The notes under the pieces are model-generated. The model saw nothing but the letters and a program-made list of their open reading frames with translations, was not told the origin of the DNA and searched no databases. The position numbers and the translations under genes are program-made. Shown here piece after piece: positions 28,785 through 40,425 of a stretch of 64,000 nt of DNA (position 1 is the stretch's first letter; the number at the start of each line of letters is the position of its first letter). The stretch is from assembly GCA_951406725.2 (NCBI GenBank), contig OX597827.1, positions 20,026,001-20,090,000 of the forward strand, in the 5' to 3' direction. Source of the DNA: Octopus vulgaris (taxonomy: Eukaryota).

Positions 28785-29635
28785 CTACAGCGCCTTCCAT
28801 TGCCAGATTGCTGCAATATGCAGCAACATCTGTTCAGTAGTTCGGGTGAATGGTAACCTGTCGGAATCATTTAGTATCACGCGCTCGATCCACCAACGTT
28901 GTCCCCTCTCGTCTCTTTTGTATGTACTGATTCTAGCGACATTACTACGGAAACAGGAGACGCTGAATGGCATTCCGTGTGAACCGGAACATGGGAGGAC
29001 CGTGTCGACATACGCAGATGACGTTCCATTACAATGTCGGACATCAGGTGTATAGAACAGGTTGGCACTGCTCTATGAGAATACGAAGTGGAGACAGAAG
29101 AGAAAAATCAACAAAGGAAAGTCAGTAAAGCTGCTGCTCGGCACCTGGAAAGGTAGGTATATGCCGCCCAACAGTGTTGTGGGACGATTGACGGACGGAC
29201 CGGTTGATATGTTCGGAGTTTGGTTTGGTTCAAATCTCCGAGTAGAGAAGACCTGGGGTGAACTAGTGAGCCGAGTGGCCAATCTCACCCAGAGATGGGA
29301 GAGAGAAAGCTATCCCTGAAAGATCAGGCAGAGGTGGTGAACGCATTTATTGCGTCTGTCATATATAACTGCCCAACCATTGTGCCTTGTCCTAATTTAT
29401 GTCTGACCAGAGTGGCACACCTACTCTTCTACTTTCTGTGCAAGGGATTTTGTTTTAAGGGCCAGGTGTTCCATTTGTTGTCAACATCCACTGAGTGAAG
29501 GGCTGGGAATGACGTGGTTGCTGAGACGCAGACATGCCTTGAGCCTGCAACATCTCTAATGTTTCCTTGGCGTTGAGCAGGTGTGGTCACCATTTGTTCG
29601 ACTCTGATTGAATTGCAGTCCTGGATCAAATACTC
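28785..29635 (+). mobile_element. Tx1/L1-like RT fragment, same family as 25545-25872, opposite strand
   Basis: VNGNLSESFSITRSIHQRCPLSSLLY...TYADDV, then KINKGKSVKLLLGTW, FGVWFG and RKLSLK. Confidence 0.8.
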
Positions 29636-29639
29636 CATT

Positions 29640-30242
29640 TTTTATCACATTTGCTTGGTAGTTCCGGGTCAATAAGCTCTGATCTTGAGCAGCTAAGATA
29701 AAGCCTTTATTCTCTGATTTTTAGCCCAGAACTCCATAGCCACTGATGGGTGTGCTTCTGGTCTACATCAGCCTGTTTGTTACTGGCCACATATCTGCCA
29801 TGCAGAGGATTTTGTTCCTGCCCATCAGCCAGTTGTTCAAACGTGTTTTGCTTTGCCATTGGTTTCACCTTCATTGCAAATACAGTTGCTGCAATTCCAT
29901 CATGCTGTTCAACCTGAGTATTATGCAGAAACTCATTAGCAAAGTTGTTGCTCTCCTTCATGACAGAATGAAACTTCTTACGTCTCTCGTGGTTTTCAAC
30001 GAGTTTTAGCATCCAGTCGTTAGATGTTTCAAGATGTTTAGTCAGTCCAATTGTGATGGTTTTGTAAGGTATTTCCAATTTGATCAGGCCTCGAACTCCT
30101 TCAGCTCTGGCTAGGTAAAGACGATCTGCATCTACCCTTTGGGTGGTGCATCTTATTGCAAGTCAGCAGCTTACGGATTTGCCTGTCAGTCTTCCTTATT
30201 TCGCTGATATTCCAGTCAACACATTGAAACTATAACTGGAAC

Positions 30243-30297
<55 letters not shown>

Positions 30298-30590
30298 CAT
30301 TATTATTACTTTTTTTTCTTCTTTCAAATTTGCTTCTATTTCTTGCCGAGTGTCTTCACGACTCCTAGGGCAAAGAAACTCATAGTATACATTAGTAGGC
30401 CATTAAACCAAACTCAATAGTTCGTTCATTTTTTTTTTTTTTTTTAAATTAAAATACATGAGCAGCAACAGTTCTCACATCGACAATGCTCTTCTCAATA
30501 CGTGTGATGTACCAGTTAAGACAATCTTTGGATCATTCTCATATAATTTTCGGTTCCCTTCTTGATCATTCCTAGTGACCTACGATCACT
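29640..30590 (-). mobile_element. R4/Dong-like LINE fragments split by (ATT)n
   Basis: DRLYLARAEG.RGLIKLE, PLHGRY...VDQKHTHQWL.SSGLK and AAQDQSL; 3'-end IQ.IVLTGTSHVLRRALSM near 30480-30540. Confidence 0.72.
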
Positions 30591-30591
30591 G

Positions 30592-30632
<41 letters not shown>

Positions 30633-31162
30633 TGATTTAAGGTGGCGAACTGACAGAATCGTTAGCACGATTGCAACATTCGTCCGTCTTTACGTTCTGA
30701 GTTTAAATTCCGCCGAGGTCGACTTTACCTTCCATCCTTCGGGGTCGATAAAATAAGTACCAGTTGCGCACTGGGATCGATATAATCGACTAACCCCTCC
30801 TCTGAAATTTCTTGCTTTGTGCCAAAAATCTGAAATTATTATTATTGTTGTTGTTATTGTTATTATTGTTATTTGATGAAAACTCTCAGCTTATTTTTCT
30901 GGCTATGATGGAAAGTGTCAGATGTCCACAGCCAGCAGACTAAGACGACAGTTGTTTAGTGGTCGTGTTTGAAGAACCTTGCGAAGAACTCTTGTCGTCG
31001 CAACCGACGGAGTGCCGGTTTATAAGTCTCGTGTGAGTGAGTGTGTGCGTGCGTGTGTACACAGCGGGCGCGTACGTGATTGTATGCGTGTTTGTGTGTG
31101 TGAGAGAGACTATAAGTGATTATATGAGTGTGTAAGTCAACGTTAATCTATAAATTAGTATA

Positions 31163-31558
31163 CTCTCTTACTTGTTTCAGTCATTTGACTGCGGCCATGC
31201 TGGAGCACCGCCTTCAGTCGAGCAAATCGACCCCAGGACTTATTCTTTGGAAGTCTAGTACTTATTCTATCGGTTTCTTTTTGCCGAACCGCTAAGTTAC
31301 GGGGACGTAAACACACCACCATCGGTTGTCAAGCGATGCTGGAGAGAGAAACACAGACACACAAACATATACACACACATACATATATATATATACGACG
31401 GGCTTCTTTCAGTTTCCGTCTACCAAATCTACTCACAAGGCTTTGGTCTGCCCGAGGCTATAGTAGAAGACATTTGCCTAAGGTGCCACGCAGTGGGACT
31501 GAGCCCGGAACCATGTGGTTGGTAAGCAAGCTTCTTACCACACAGCCACTCCTACGCC
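31163..31558 (-). mobile_element. SINE family A, full copy
   Basis: Reverse complement of the 5819-6276 element. Confidence 0.85.
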
Positions 31559-31679
31559 GTATGATATGTTTTAAAAGTATATTATTTTCCCACAGTTTCT
31601 AACCTTCTTCGCCCTTCCTCCCTCTCTCTCTCTCTCTCTGATTCATTCTCTCTCTGATTCACTCTCTCTATTTTTCCAG

Positions 31680-31731
31680 ATGGCTCACTGCTCTACTCGG
31701 AATGTTGATGATCGGATTTCTTATGATCGCA
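31680..31731 (+). CDS. SLC18A2: VMAT exon (TM9), after a 23.7-kb intron
   Basis: tttttccag|A TGG...GCA|gtaagt. Encodes (R)WLTALLGMLMIGFLMIA vs human RWLCALLGMIIVGVSILC. 52 bp, phase 2/0. Confidence 0.93.
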
Positions 31732-33220
31732 GTAAGTAAACGTCTGTTTTTCGTAAAGTTTTCTCTCTTCTGTTTTTTTCCGTTTGTTTCTTTGTTTGGT
31801 TTGGTCATGGAAGGAAAAGCATCGTCCACATCTCTTTTATTGGTCTATAAAACTGGTGGGAGAAAGAAAGAAAGTTATCAAACCGCAGACCGAAAACTGG
31901 GTCTCGTAGATGACAGCTGACCCCGCTACAAGCACGCAATGACCTCATGGCTGGATTAAATATGGCGGCTGATAAAGTGTATCATCAAAACAGCTCCTCC
32001 AAGAGAATTCCACACAGTCTCCGTTCATCAACTTTCATTTACGATGTTTTAGTTGAACCAGGGTCATGTTAGAAGGTACTAACTCAAGATTCCGGCAGTA
32101 GGATCGAATCTTGTCCTAGTGATGACAGCAGACGATACAGAAAAGATAAAATGGCAAGAGACAGTTACCAATGGTGGCATTCAATGAGGGGAAGGGTCAA
32201 AAGAAGAGGAGGCGAGCCAGTAGAAGCCAGATGCAAGGAAAGATAACTGGATGCATGAGAGACAAGGGGAGATAACCGGACACAATGAAACAACTGGATA
32301 CCAGATGTTGACTGACATAACGGAAGACAGATGGACATATTGAGAGAAATAGATGTGGAGGAAGAGCGAAGATAAGAGAAAGAATATATAAAAAGAGAAA
32401 GAATATAACAAAAATATATGAAGAGAACACGAGCCATCGAATGACCCTCTATCGTATCACTATCCTGTTATTAAGAACAGCTAAATTCTCTCAAATGGCA
32501 GTGCCATCTTTAAAGAAAATTATACAAAAGGACAGGATGGTCGTGGCTGGAATGCCGTTGATCACAAGTTTTCTAGATCAATGTTTACTTGGACTTAAAC
32601 AGCTTCGATAAGACATTACCGACGTGTAAAGGAAGCAGTGATGGAACATCAGCGAGACTTCAACATGATATCAACGAGACTACGTCATATCAACGAGACT
32701 TCATCTCTATCTCTTATTATAAAAGGCAGATTTTATCTGCCTCCCTTTGGGAGTTATACAAATCTACAATATAGGATTTCTTCAATTACAATTTACCTTG
32801 CATTTTTAAGAGTACAATGCATCGCGTCATGCCAGGTCCAGTTTTTAAAATTTAAACTCCAATTAAGCAAAATTTACAGAAAACTCACATTCTGGTGTGT
32901 GTGTCAAATGCTTTTCTTAGTCTGGTTTACAGCACACGCAAACGCACACACACAGTGGGCAACGAATAAAATGAAAGTAATTGACTTACTGTAGTGAGTG
33001 ATTCTTTCACTCTGCCTCCCACTTCCTCTTTCCACACATAGACACGCAAATATATAAATAAAATTGTAAGCTAACGTGCGTGTGTGTGAGTGGGTGTGTG
33101 TGCGCGTGTGTGTGTGTGTGTGAGGGTGCGTGTGTGTGTGTGTGTGTGTGTGCGTGTGCGTGAGTGTGTGACAGGAAAGTTTTTTACGACGAATATAACA
33201 CCTATATCCAAGTAGCAGAA

Positions 33221-33699
33221 AGATAAGACAGTAAGGTGTGATTTGAGGGAGATTTGGCTGCTATTTCTACCATGTCTAGCTGCCATGTAGGGGTCTCCCT
33301 CATAGGCTCATACATACATATATACATAGATAAGACAGTAAGGTGTGATTTGGGGGAAATTTGGTTGCTATTTCTACCAGGTCTAGCTGCCATGTAGGGG
33401 TCTCCCTCATAGGCTCATACATACATATATACATAGATAAGACAGTAAGGTGTGATTTGGGGGAAATTTGGCTGCTATTTCTACCAGATCTAGCTGCCAT
33501 GTAGGGGTCTCCCTCATAGGCTCATACATACATATACATAGATAAGACAGTAAGGTGTGATTTGGGGGAAATTTGGCTGCTATTTCTACCAGGTCTAGCT
33601 ACCATGTAGAGGTCCCCCTCATTGGCTCATATATATATACATACATAAGACAGTAAGGTGTGATTTGAGGGAGATTTGGCTGCTGTTTCTACCAGGTCT
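33221..33699. repeat. Minisatellite, ~107-bp unit x ~4.5
   Basis: Units start at about 33221, 33328, 33435, 33540 and 33643 (AGATAAGACAGTAAGGTGTGATTTG...). Confidence 0.92.
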
Positions 33700-34019
33700 G
33701 TTAGGCCTTCTCATGTAAACTCAAGCTTTCTCATGCCTTGAACATAAGACCAAAGCAGAGAATGTATTCTTTTATTCTTCTGCTTTTTCCAGCCATTGGT
33801 CTGTGGCCATGCTGGGGCAATGCCTTGAAGAATTGTAGTTTAATGAATCAACTCGTTTTATTTTTGTAAGCATTGTACTTATTCTATCTGTTTCCTTTGT
33901 CAAACCACTAGGTGACAGGGATGTAAACAAACCAACATTCGTTGTCAAGCAGTGGTGAAGGACAATCACAAGCACAGACACGCACACACACACACACATA
34001 CATGCATACACATATACAC

Positions 34020-34054
<35 letters not shown>

Positions 34055-34072
34055 TATGTGTGTATATATATA

Positions 34073-34331
34073 TTGCAGCGTGGAAGGTGTTTGTAAGCCA
34101 TTTAAGAAACACACAAAAACCGTTACATTCACTTCAACATTTAAATTTAATTTGCCAAAATATTTTCGTCGCTTTGAGACCGCGACCTGTTCACTGACAA
34201 AAATATCGTGCTAACAGGTCGCGGTCTCAAAGCGATGAAAATATTTTGACAAATTAAATTTAAATGTTGAAGTGAATCTAACGGTTTTTGTGTGTTTCTT
34301 AAATGGCTTATAAACACCTTCAACGCTGCAA
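34073..34331. repeat. Fold-back element F1 (119-bp arms, 21-nt loop) with a G3-C8 hammerhead-like motif
   Basis: Arms at 34073-34191 and 34213-34331; second copy at 60789-61093. Confidence 0.85.
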
Positions 34332-34493
34332 CTATTTTCGTTCCAGCACACGATCTCGGATCAAGTCACTTGCTATGCAAGTACATCTCTGTAACTATAT
34401 ATATATTTATATATATATATATATGTATATTGGTAAAAACAGTAAGATAACAAAAGAAAGAAAGAGACCTCAATATTATGTAAATAGAGGAAA

Positions 34494-34887
34494 TCTTTAT
34501 ATATAAAAGTAAGGTTGTGTGTCTGTCTCCTACGATTTAGATTCCTAACTACTCCCACATTTTGCGGTGCAGTTTAACCAAAACCGGGTATCTTATAGTC
34601 GTGATTCATATCGAGACCGTCTGGGTATTAGTGCGCGTCTACGATGAGTCTACGATTTAAAAAAAAATTTACCATCAATTTTTCCCATTTTTAATCCATT
34701 TTTGACATATATAAGGGAAGTAACTCTCTAAAATTTATTATTAAATCTCAGAACGTAAAAAGCTACAGTAACACCCTCCCCCTTTGTGGTTAGCCATATT
34801 GAGATGGCTATTATACTTTACATCTCTAAAAATGCTTATATAATTATTTCCCTTACAAACCCGAGCAACGCCGGGCGATACTGCTAG
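34494..34887 (+). mobile_element. Helitron family H1
   Basis: A|TC start, subterminal hairpin, CTAG|T end. Confidence 0.82.
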
Positions 34888-35247
34888 TATATATATAAAC
34901 GACAAAATGTCTGCGTGTGTGTCCTTTATACAAATCCACAATTTTTCAGTTAGAGGGCTCGCACTCTCTATGGTCATTCAAAACCGTCCAAGGGTGGTCG
35001 TGCACATCTTTACATTTCCCCAGTCACCCCGCAAAGCCATTAAAAAATCAATATAAGTGACTTTTTTGCGAATTTTCTATCCCAAACCCAATCAAAATGC
35101 CCGAAACTTGATACGCCAATTGAATGCCAGCTAGCTGTATGTGATTGGTCGGATATTTGGACAGTACTCGCGTGTATGTGCGCACGCACGCAGCTGTATA
35201 TGCATGCACTAGCACTATGACCTGGCGTTGCCGGGTCATAGTGCTAG
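34888..35247 (+). mobile_element. Non-autonomous Helitron-like family H2, directly abutting H1
   Basis: Ends in the ~41-nt palindrome ACTAGCACTATGACCTGGC-GTT-GCCGGGTCATAGTGCTAGT; matches 57896-58259. Confidence 0.75.
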
Positions 35248-35592
35248 TTATGATATAAATGAGACTTCATCATGGTATCGTTGAGATTTCCTCAAAACAT
35301 TTGCAAAACTTCTACGGGATTAAGAATAAAAGACAATGATACAATTATAAAACAATGACTAGCTGTGTACGACGTAACAATAGAGTCAATAAGACAAGAT
35401 GCAACTAAATCAAAAAATAGAAGTCAACCATTTAAAGTTGTGGGTGACTAAAACGAAGTTTGATCTTATTTTTTCACTTCCAGTTCGATTTCTTAATCAC
35501 TCTTTCCATTTCTTCATTCTCTCCTTTTTTTTTTTCTTTGCCTCATCTTCTTATTTCATTAATTATAATAATAATTTACATATTTCTTCTAG

Positions 35593-35656
35593 ATTCCATT
35601 TGCCAAGAATATATTCCATTTAATAGTGCCGCATATTGCTGTAGGTTTTGGAATTG
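35593..35656 (+). CDS. SLC18A2: VMAT exon (TM10 start)
   Basis: ttcttctag|ATT...ATTG|gtaagt. Encodes IPFAKNIFHLIVPHIAVGFGI(G) vs human [22 protein letters not shown]. 64 bp, phase 0/1. Confidence 0.94.
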
Positions 35657-36524
35657 GTAAGTACTATCTTAATTGAGCCGACGTGGTCTTTTGAGAATCG
35701 GTTCGGAGGGGGGAGCCGTTTGCTTTGGGAGTTCTATTTAAATTCTTATTCACATTTCAGTATTTAGACTGCGATCATACAAGGCCACAGTCTTTGGTGG
35801 TTTTCGCTCATTATGTCGAACCCAGGTTCTTTTTCGTACAGTACTTATTTTAACCATCTCCATCAAATGTATTGTTTATACGCTGTCTCTATATGCTTCA
35901 GGCTGGCCGGTTCCACTTCGTTTCGGAAGTGACACGAATACGTAACACTGACAATCCACAAAAACGGCGAAATACGCATATTTCGCTCTTGCGATCACTT
36001 TCGGGGTGATTTCTTTCGCCTTGCTCTGAAGTATATTGTGTTTTACCCGGACGAAAAAAAACTGTAGCTTTTCGCTTTTCAATAGTACACATGCGTTAAG
36101 TAATTCATATAGAACAGGATTTTACTTTAGAACTGCAGCTAATGCTTAATTTGTGTGAATATGTAGCCATATATATATATACATATATATATACAAAGTA
36201 TGGGGGTTTAGTTCCCTTGAGAAATATTTCTCTCGTTCTTTTAATCATGCCTGCAAATATTCATTCACTGAAATTCTTGCGAGGCCTTGTAAGACCTGAT
36301 GAGTAAAACTGATAAAACTATTCTTCTCTGACGAGATCTAATAACACTGAAACATGTTTACCTAAGCTCTAAATACACACCAACTAATTTTTAATTCATT
36401 TGAATTTCGTAATTATCTTCCTAGGCATTTTGTAACCAAAGTTAATCATCCACGTGTTATTTTTGGTGAACTAAAATATTTCGATGTTTCCAATTGCAAC
36501 ATGTAATCCGTTTCTTCTCCACAG

Positions 36525-36644
36525 GAATGGTGGATTCATCCATGATGCCGCTAATGGGTCATTTGGTGGATTTGCGTCATGTGTCTGTTTACGGTAGCGT
36601 CTACGCCATTGCAGATGTGGCATTTTGTTTGGGATTTGCTGTCG
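36525..36644 (+). CDS. SLC18A2: VMAT exon (TM10-TM11)
   Basis: ctccacag|GA...GTCG|gtaagt. Encodes [40 protein letters not shown], the SLC18 signature region. 120 bp. Confidence 0.97.
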
Positions 36645-37177
36645 GTAAGTTTGTCTTTCTGTCGCAACACTTCAGTTGAATGTGTCTCACTAATATTGTT
36701 GTTGTTATTGCTGCTGCTGCTGTTGTTGTTGTTGTTGTTTATGCCTATCATCTTAAAAAGAAATTGCCCTTTCTTTTTAAGATGGTAGGGTGAGATTTCA
36801 CACCTATTTCTAGCAAGCCGAATAACGATGTAGGGGTTTCTTTGCAGATCGTAGTGGCTGTGGTCGCTGGTGGTGATGTTGTTGTTATTGTCACCACATT
36901 TCAACATTCTATATATTTATATATGTTTATATATAAGTGTGTTCAGAAAAAGAAATAAAGTCAACCAGTTACAACTAGAAATTTCGATTACATCGAAGAT
37001 TTGCTTCACCGAGAATTTACTTCATAAATCTCTCAATTTCTCTCACACACACACACACTCCTTCCTTCCCTCTCTCTCTTCCCCCACTCCCCCCACACTC
37101 TCTCTTATATATAAACAAACGTCGTGTGTGTGTGTTTATAAATCTTATTTCACACTTTTACGTTTTCCATGTTCTAG

Positions 37178-37223
37178 GTCCTGCCGTAAGTGGGGCCATT
37201 GTGAGATGCGTAGGATTTCAGGG
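37178..37223 (+). CDS. SLC18A2: VMAT short exon (TM11-loop)
   Basis: gttctag|GT CCT...CAG GG|gtaagt. Encodes GPAVSGAIVRCVGFQ(G). 46 bp, phase 1/2. Confidence 0.9.
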
Positions 37224-38190
37224 GTAAGTGGCCTGCCTTTATTGGATGGTTGTGGCTTTTTTTTTAACAAAATTTATTCCAGTCACACAATCATTGTTTC
37301 AAACATCTACACACATTCTATACACATACACACATGACTATATAGAAAGATTAATGTCAATGAGTGTCACATAAGCGCACGCATATATTGACACAACTCA
37401 TTTGCATGTCCGTAGTCCATACGTTTCGTAGCTCAAACACACACACACACACACGTATATACATATATACACATATACATACATATAATGTTATGTGTTA
37501 CTATACAGATATAAATGAAGGCAAATAATTCCCAGAATCGGTAGATCGTCAGACAAAATTTGTAGAGATATTTATGTCTTTCACTGGAGATAACTTTCCC
37601 TTTCATTCCGGGCTGGATAGAAAATAAATACCAGTCAAGTACTGGAATTGGTATAACCGACCGATGCATTTCTGTCATCTGGAGCTAGCTAAGAATTTCT
37701 CTTTCTATACGGCTGTCAGCAGATGTCTGTGGCGGTGTCTACCATTGAAAAGGCAAAATTACGCCGAAACGCCGTTGTCTGATAGTCTGCTGACATCATT
37801 AAATCGTGTTGCATGTTTAACACACAACGTTTCGAAGACGTTGTTCGTGAAGACTAAATCTTACAGTGAGGGCCCTTCCACGTTCGTGTATAAATGAACG
37901 TATGATCAATGATGTCCACGTTGTTATTTTGAGTTCTGCTGATTCAAGCACGTACGCAGGCCATTATTACACATGATTTGTTTGCATTATTCAGACAGTA
38001 TCCTTTCCGGTTACTGTCCAACTGCTGCTCTCCCCTCTAAAGGACTATTTTAACTCGGCCGGCCAGAGTAGGTGACATCGTCTTTCCCAGATTTGTTCTG
38101 CAACTGTAAAGTATTTTATTGTTCGGCGTCTGCTGTGATGTCTAGTATCAAGTTTTTTTAACGACTTTTGCTGTTATATATTCTCATTTA

Positions 38191-38420
38191 GGCGGCGAGC
38201 TGGTAGAAACGTTAGCACGCCGGGCGAAATTCGTAGCAGTATTTCGTCTGTCGTTACGTTCCGAGTTCAAATTCCGCCGAGGTCGACTTTGCCTTTCATC
38301 CTTTCGAGGTCGATAAATTAAGTACCAGTTACGCACTGGGGTCGATGTAATCGACTTAATCCCTTTGTCTGTCCTTGTTTGTCCCCTCTATGTTTAGCCC
38401 GTTGTGGGTAGTAAAGAAAT
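38191..38420 (+). mobile_element. SINE family B, full copy with TSD
   Basis: GGCGGCGAGCTGG head, GAGTTCAAATTCC B-box, Nin-like core. TSD ATATATTCTCATTT at 38176-38189 and 38423-38436. Confidence 0.88.
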
Positions 38421-39008
38421 ATATATATTCTCATTTTAAGTTTATACTTGACATCTGCCCATGCTGGAGTAGTCAAGAAGGGTTTCTGTCTACCACAAAG
38501 TTCTGTGTTCAATCTCAGTGAGATATACATTCGAGAAGTATTTTATTAAGCTCTCTGAAGAAAATGGTAGGCGGAAACTATGTGGAAGCCCGTCAGCTGG
38601 CCTCGCCATTCAGAAGGTCCATTCATAAATGAAGGACGCTTGAGGGCCCTTGGAATACTCAACCACTCAAACGATAATACAGTGTGTGTATGCGTGTGCG
38701 TGGTGTACCTGTAATTAAAACGGTCAACCTCGACACATACACAGCGTTTCACTGATTCTGCCCGAAGATCACTGTCTGCAGAATACTCGGGCGCATTCAA
38801 CAGGGAGGTAAATGATTATTTTTAAAGATAGCTTTTGGTCATCGTAGATAGGGGTGTGGGTATTTCATCTAAAATTAGAAAAGAACAAGATTAGGAAAAG
38901 AAAATGGTTAGTTTAGTGAGATGTGGAGGTAAGGAATAAGAACTGAATAGAAATGAGTTGAGTCAAACAAATTCTTGCAACTTTGAATAATATTTTTTTT
39001 TTCTTCAG

Positions 39009-39096
39009 GATGATTTGGGTGATTTCCACAGTAAATATCTTATACGCTCCGACAATGCTGTTTCTTCGGAATCCACCTGTCAAAGAGGAGAAAATG
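39009..39096 (+). CDS. SLC18A2: VMAT exon (TM12 and start of cytosolic tail)
   Basis: ttcttcag|G ATG...AAA ATG|gtaagt. Encodes MIWVISTVNILYAPTMLFLRNPPVKEEKM vs human ...FLRSPPAKEEKM. 88 bp, phase 2/0. Confidence 0.94.
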
Positions 39097-39479
39097 GTAA
39101 GTGTGAATTGCTGTTGTTATCATTATTTAACTTGGGGTCATACCTCGTCGATAAAACCTATGATTAAAAACCGTTTTATGACCATAGCTTTCATCGACCC
39201 CGGTGACCATTCCGTTTTTCTAAGGCATAATAATATACCTGGGACTATATTATTAAATGTGCTTTCCTACTTCTTAATACGTTGGCGTATAGTTTGAGAG
39301 CCGACAGGGTAGAGGCTGCCCAGTTCCCCAGCAAAAAATGGTATTTAAAGTAACTGAAAGATAACGGTTAGATTATGTGGCGGCTAATTATGATAACGGT
39401 GCTCCTGCTGGGGGGGGGGGGGAGCACACGGATGGTATGGGTTGTCAGGGGAGATCACTCTGACAATTATACTCGATTT

Positions 39480-39889
39480 GGATCTTTTTGGTTTGAACGG
39501 CAGTTTTTTCTAGCGGTGTCATATGAAATTGTCACCCATAATTATGACCCTAGAATCGATCTATTGCATTTCAATCTATTTTAGGGTTAGGGGTGGCGAG
39601 AAGGGTATCTTTTTTTTCTTCACAAATATAAATAAACCCAATCAGTTTCTTAAACGAGGGACATATTCATACGGCACAGAATGTTTTCACCTCAATAGAC
39701 GCCAGTGATTGGTTGAAATTGCAGAAATTGAAGAAAAAAACAACAAATATCTTACAAACTATAGAATTTTCTCAATAAAGCCAAAAGAAAAGATGTTTTA
39801 TAAACACATTCTACCAGTATACGAAGTTTAATATTTTTTAGTTACCTAGAAATTATGTTAAAAAACTGCCATTCAAACCGAAAAGATCC
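39480..39889 (+). mobile_element. Same MITE, copy 4
   Basis: Same TIRs; 8-bp TSD CTCGATTT. Confidence 0.88.
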
Positions 39890-40425
39890 CTCGATTTGGA
39901 TAACAGATGGTTGAACGGTGGTTGGAAGTTCAACTCTTCACCTATTCTTGTTGTTGAATAGGACTACTCTGTCTACCATATCTCCACTCGAAGAGCCCCG
40001 TGTCTAATTTCCAAATGAATTGTGATAAACAGGGGATGTTCTTGCCAACATTTGTTTGAAACTGTTGATTCTCTCCGAGGAGCCCCAGCATGACCATGAG
40101 TGTGGGGTGAGAGAGTCAAGGCAGAAACAAGGAAAATGCCCCTTGTATCTGAACACTATGCAAATATTCTTTTAAAAAACTTTTAATTGTTCCAAAATTT
40201 AATTGTTTTCCTTACTTATAATTGAAAAAGTCTCAATGATTGAAACTGGTACGGAAATATTTTTTGTAAAATTATTTTAGCATTTTCTACCTTGACTTTT
40301 TTTCTATATAAATCAACTCGTGTGTTCCTTTTCAACCTTCTACATATATATATATATATATATAAATAAATAGTAAGACAACAAAAGAATGAAAGAGACC
40401 TCGATATTATGTAAATAGAAGAATC

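Noticed and set aside
33221-33699. Possible CRISPR-like array
   Set aside because: Whole units are near-identical with no unique spacers, the context is eukaryotic, and there are no cas genes.
36295-36360. CTGATGA / CTGACGA...GAAACATGT hammerhead-like words
   Set aside because: No supporting stem I or stem II could be built; at best a decayed relic.
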